This document shows, one piece after another, positions 62,601 through 64,000 of a stretch of DNA of 64,000 bases. Source of the DNA: Laetmonice hystrix. Taxonomy: Eukaryota. The stretch lies in contig OZ249436.1 in NCBI GenBank assembly GCA_965235115.1, forward strand, positions 19,594,001 through 19,658,000, written 5' to 3'. Within the stretch, counting starts at the first letter, position 1; each line of letters starts with the position of its first letter. A model generated the notes under the pieces. The model was given only the letters and a program-made list of their open reading frames with translations, had not been told where the DNA came from and did not search any database. Both the position numbers and the translations under genes were made by a program.

Positions 62601-63877
62601 ACATTTTTTTTCAGTTGTAACATGAAGCTGAACTTGGATTATTTTCTCGAGAAGATGTGGGAGTATTTGGCCCTTGTCAGAGTCTACACAAAGAAGCGAG
62701 GGCGTAAGTCGGGAGGATCTTTTTCTATTTTGCAGATGTTAAACCAATAAAAATTGACATTATGTTGAACTGAGTGCAGTTATAAGATGCCAGTTTTATA
62801 CATGGGTGGACCTCCTTAGATTTTGATTGTGCTGAGATGCTAGAGAAAAATACAATTAAATATTCTGAGACACAAAAAGAAATGCATTGCCATGACCTTT
62901 TTTTTGTAGAGAGACCTGATTTTGATGATGGCCTGATTTTGAGACGAGGAGCGACTGTTGAACATGTGGTGAGTACTTGCACATAACAAAATTGATCAAA
63001 TCTCAATACCTCTTGATATTATAATGTCAGTTTTTGTAGTTATCGTTTGACATCAGAGTGAAGATTTCCATGATCGTAAAAATCGCCCATCATTTGTGAA
63101 ACCCTTTGTGTTTCTTCTATCATCCCGCGTTAAAATCTGATGTTGCTGTACATAAAGTGAAATGTGATATTTGTGTATGTAAAGTGAAATGTGATATCTG
63201 TGTATGTAAAGTGAAATGTGATATCTGTGTATGTAAAGTGAAATGTGATATCTGTATATGTAAAGTGAAATGTGATATCTGTGTATGTAAAGTGAAATGT
63301 GATATCTGTATATGTAAAGTGAAATGTGATATCTGTGTATGTAAAGTGAAATCTGATATCTGTGTATGTAAAGTGAAATCTGATATCTGTGTATGTAAAG
63401 TGAAATCTGATATCTGTGTATGTAAAGTGAAATCTGATATCTGTGTATGTAAAGTGAAATCTGATATCTGTGTATGTAAAGTGAAATCTGATATCTGTGT
63501 ATGTAAAGGGAAATCTGATATCTGTGTATGTAAAGTGAAATCTGATATCTGTGTATGTAAAGTGAAATCTGATATCTGTGTATGTAAAGTGAAATCTGAT
63601 ATTTGTATAAGTAAAGTGAAATCTAATATTTCTGTACGTAAAGTGAAATCTTATATGTCCGTACGTAATCTGAGTACTATATCACCTACTAGAAGAGAGT
63701 AATTTGTCATCAGAAAACGTCTAACAGTAGCTGGCTCTTCCAGTGGCACATCATACCTTTGCTGCTGTCGGTAAGTGCGGCAGCCTTGGATCCCTGTGAA
63801 ATGTTTGCCTCTGTACTTTCTAGTGTCACACCATTCACAGGACGATGGTCGCCGACCATAGGTACTCACTCGTCTGG
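59645..63877 (+). CDS. DRG2: Developmentally regulated GTP-binding protein 2; 13 exons, last exon beyond the window
   Basis: Exons 59645-59708, 59925-60013, 60145-60216, 60340-60429, 60689-60749, 60886-60976, 61140-61212, 61410-61500, 61807-61904, 62148-62224, 62615-62703, 62910-62968, 63824-63877; all phases fit. [29 protein letters not shown]1 GFPSVGKS, G2 YEFTTL, G3 DLPG, G4 NKID and TGS domain start. Confidence 0.97.
61501..61806 (+). other. U12-type (minor spliceosome) GT-AG intron in DRG2
   Basis: Donor GTATCCTT; branch site TCCTTGAT at 61790-61797, about 10 nt from the AG; no polypyrimidine tract. Confidence 0.9.
62295..62532. repeat. ~60-bp intronic tandem repeat, ~4 copies
   Basis: TTAACCAAATYACC..CCAGTGACCAAGGTCTGCCAAAACGTCACAATCAACTG. 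Confidence 0.8.
63130..63670. repeat. 27-bp intronic minisatellite, ~20 copies
   Basis: Unit GTGAAATSTGATATCTGTGTATGTAAA; accounts for the spurious [12 protein letters not shown]. Confidence 0.95.
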
Positions 63878-64000
63878 GTTAGTGGCTTTTTAAAACCAAT
63901 ATTTCTATTACCAGCTCTATTAAGAAGTACATGTTGTCGTTTTTGTTCGAATTTTTGAAAAGAAATCTTCAAGGAAAGCAAATGGGTACATTGTACTGTG

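Noticed and set aside
63106..63702. Metallothionein-like Cys-rich protein
   Set aside because: Translation of an intronic 27-bp minisatellite; TTG start and no synonymous variation pattern.

Overview
This is intron-rich, repeat-dense eukaryotic DNA, probably from a marine invertebrate (lophotrochozoan/annelid is an inference). No prokaryotic system, CRISPR array, rRNA or tRNA was found. Four host gene loci can be reconstructed by hand. (1) A spliced, bacterial-like enolase-superfamily gene resembling cis-3-hydroxy-L-proline dehydratase (- strand, 12012-16791) whose middle exons are missing, plus a second near-identical exon 1 at 6712-6858. (2) A five-exon C4orf45/SPMIP2 (DUF4562)-like gene (- strand, 29238-33089) that the ORF track only shows in fragments. 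(3) Three intronless EamA/SLC35G-like transporter copies (- strand): one older degenerate copy and two inside a near-identical 4341-bp tandem duplication. (4) DRG2 (+ strand, 13 exons from 59645, running off the window) with a U12-type intron. The remainder is transposon debris: nested LINEs, a SINE, probable solo LTRs, Gypsy integrase, DIRS and PIF/Harbinger relics, many palindromic MITEs and minisatellites. The most unusual observations are the intron-containing bacterial-type dehydratase, a minisatellite built from a live splice donor, a 7-copy 18-bp motif array where the missing exons should be, and frame-restoring indels between the transporter paralogues. Family assignments rest on recalled motifs; no database search was run.
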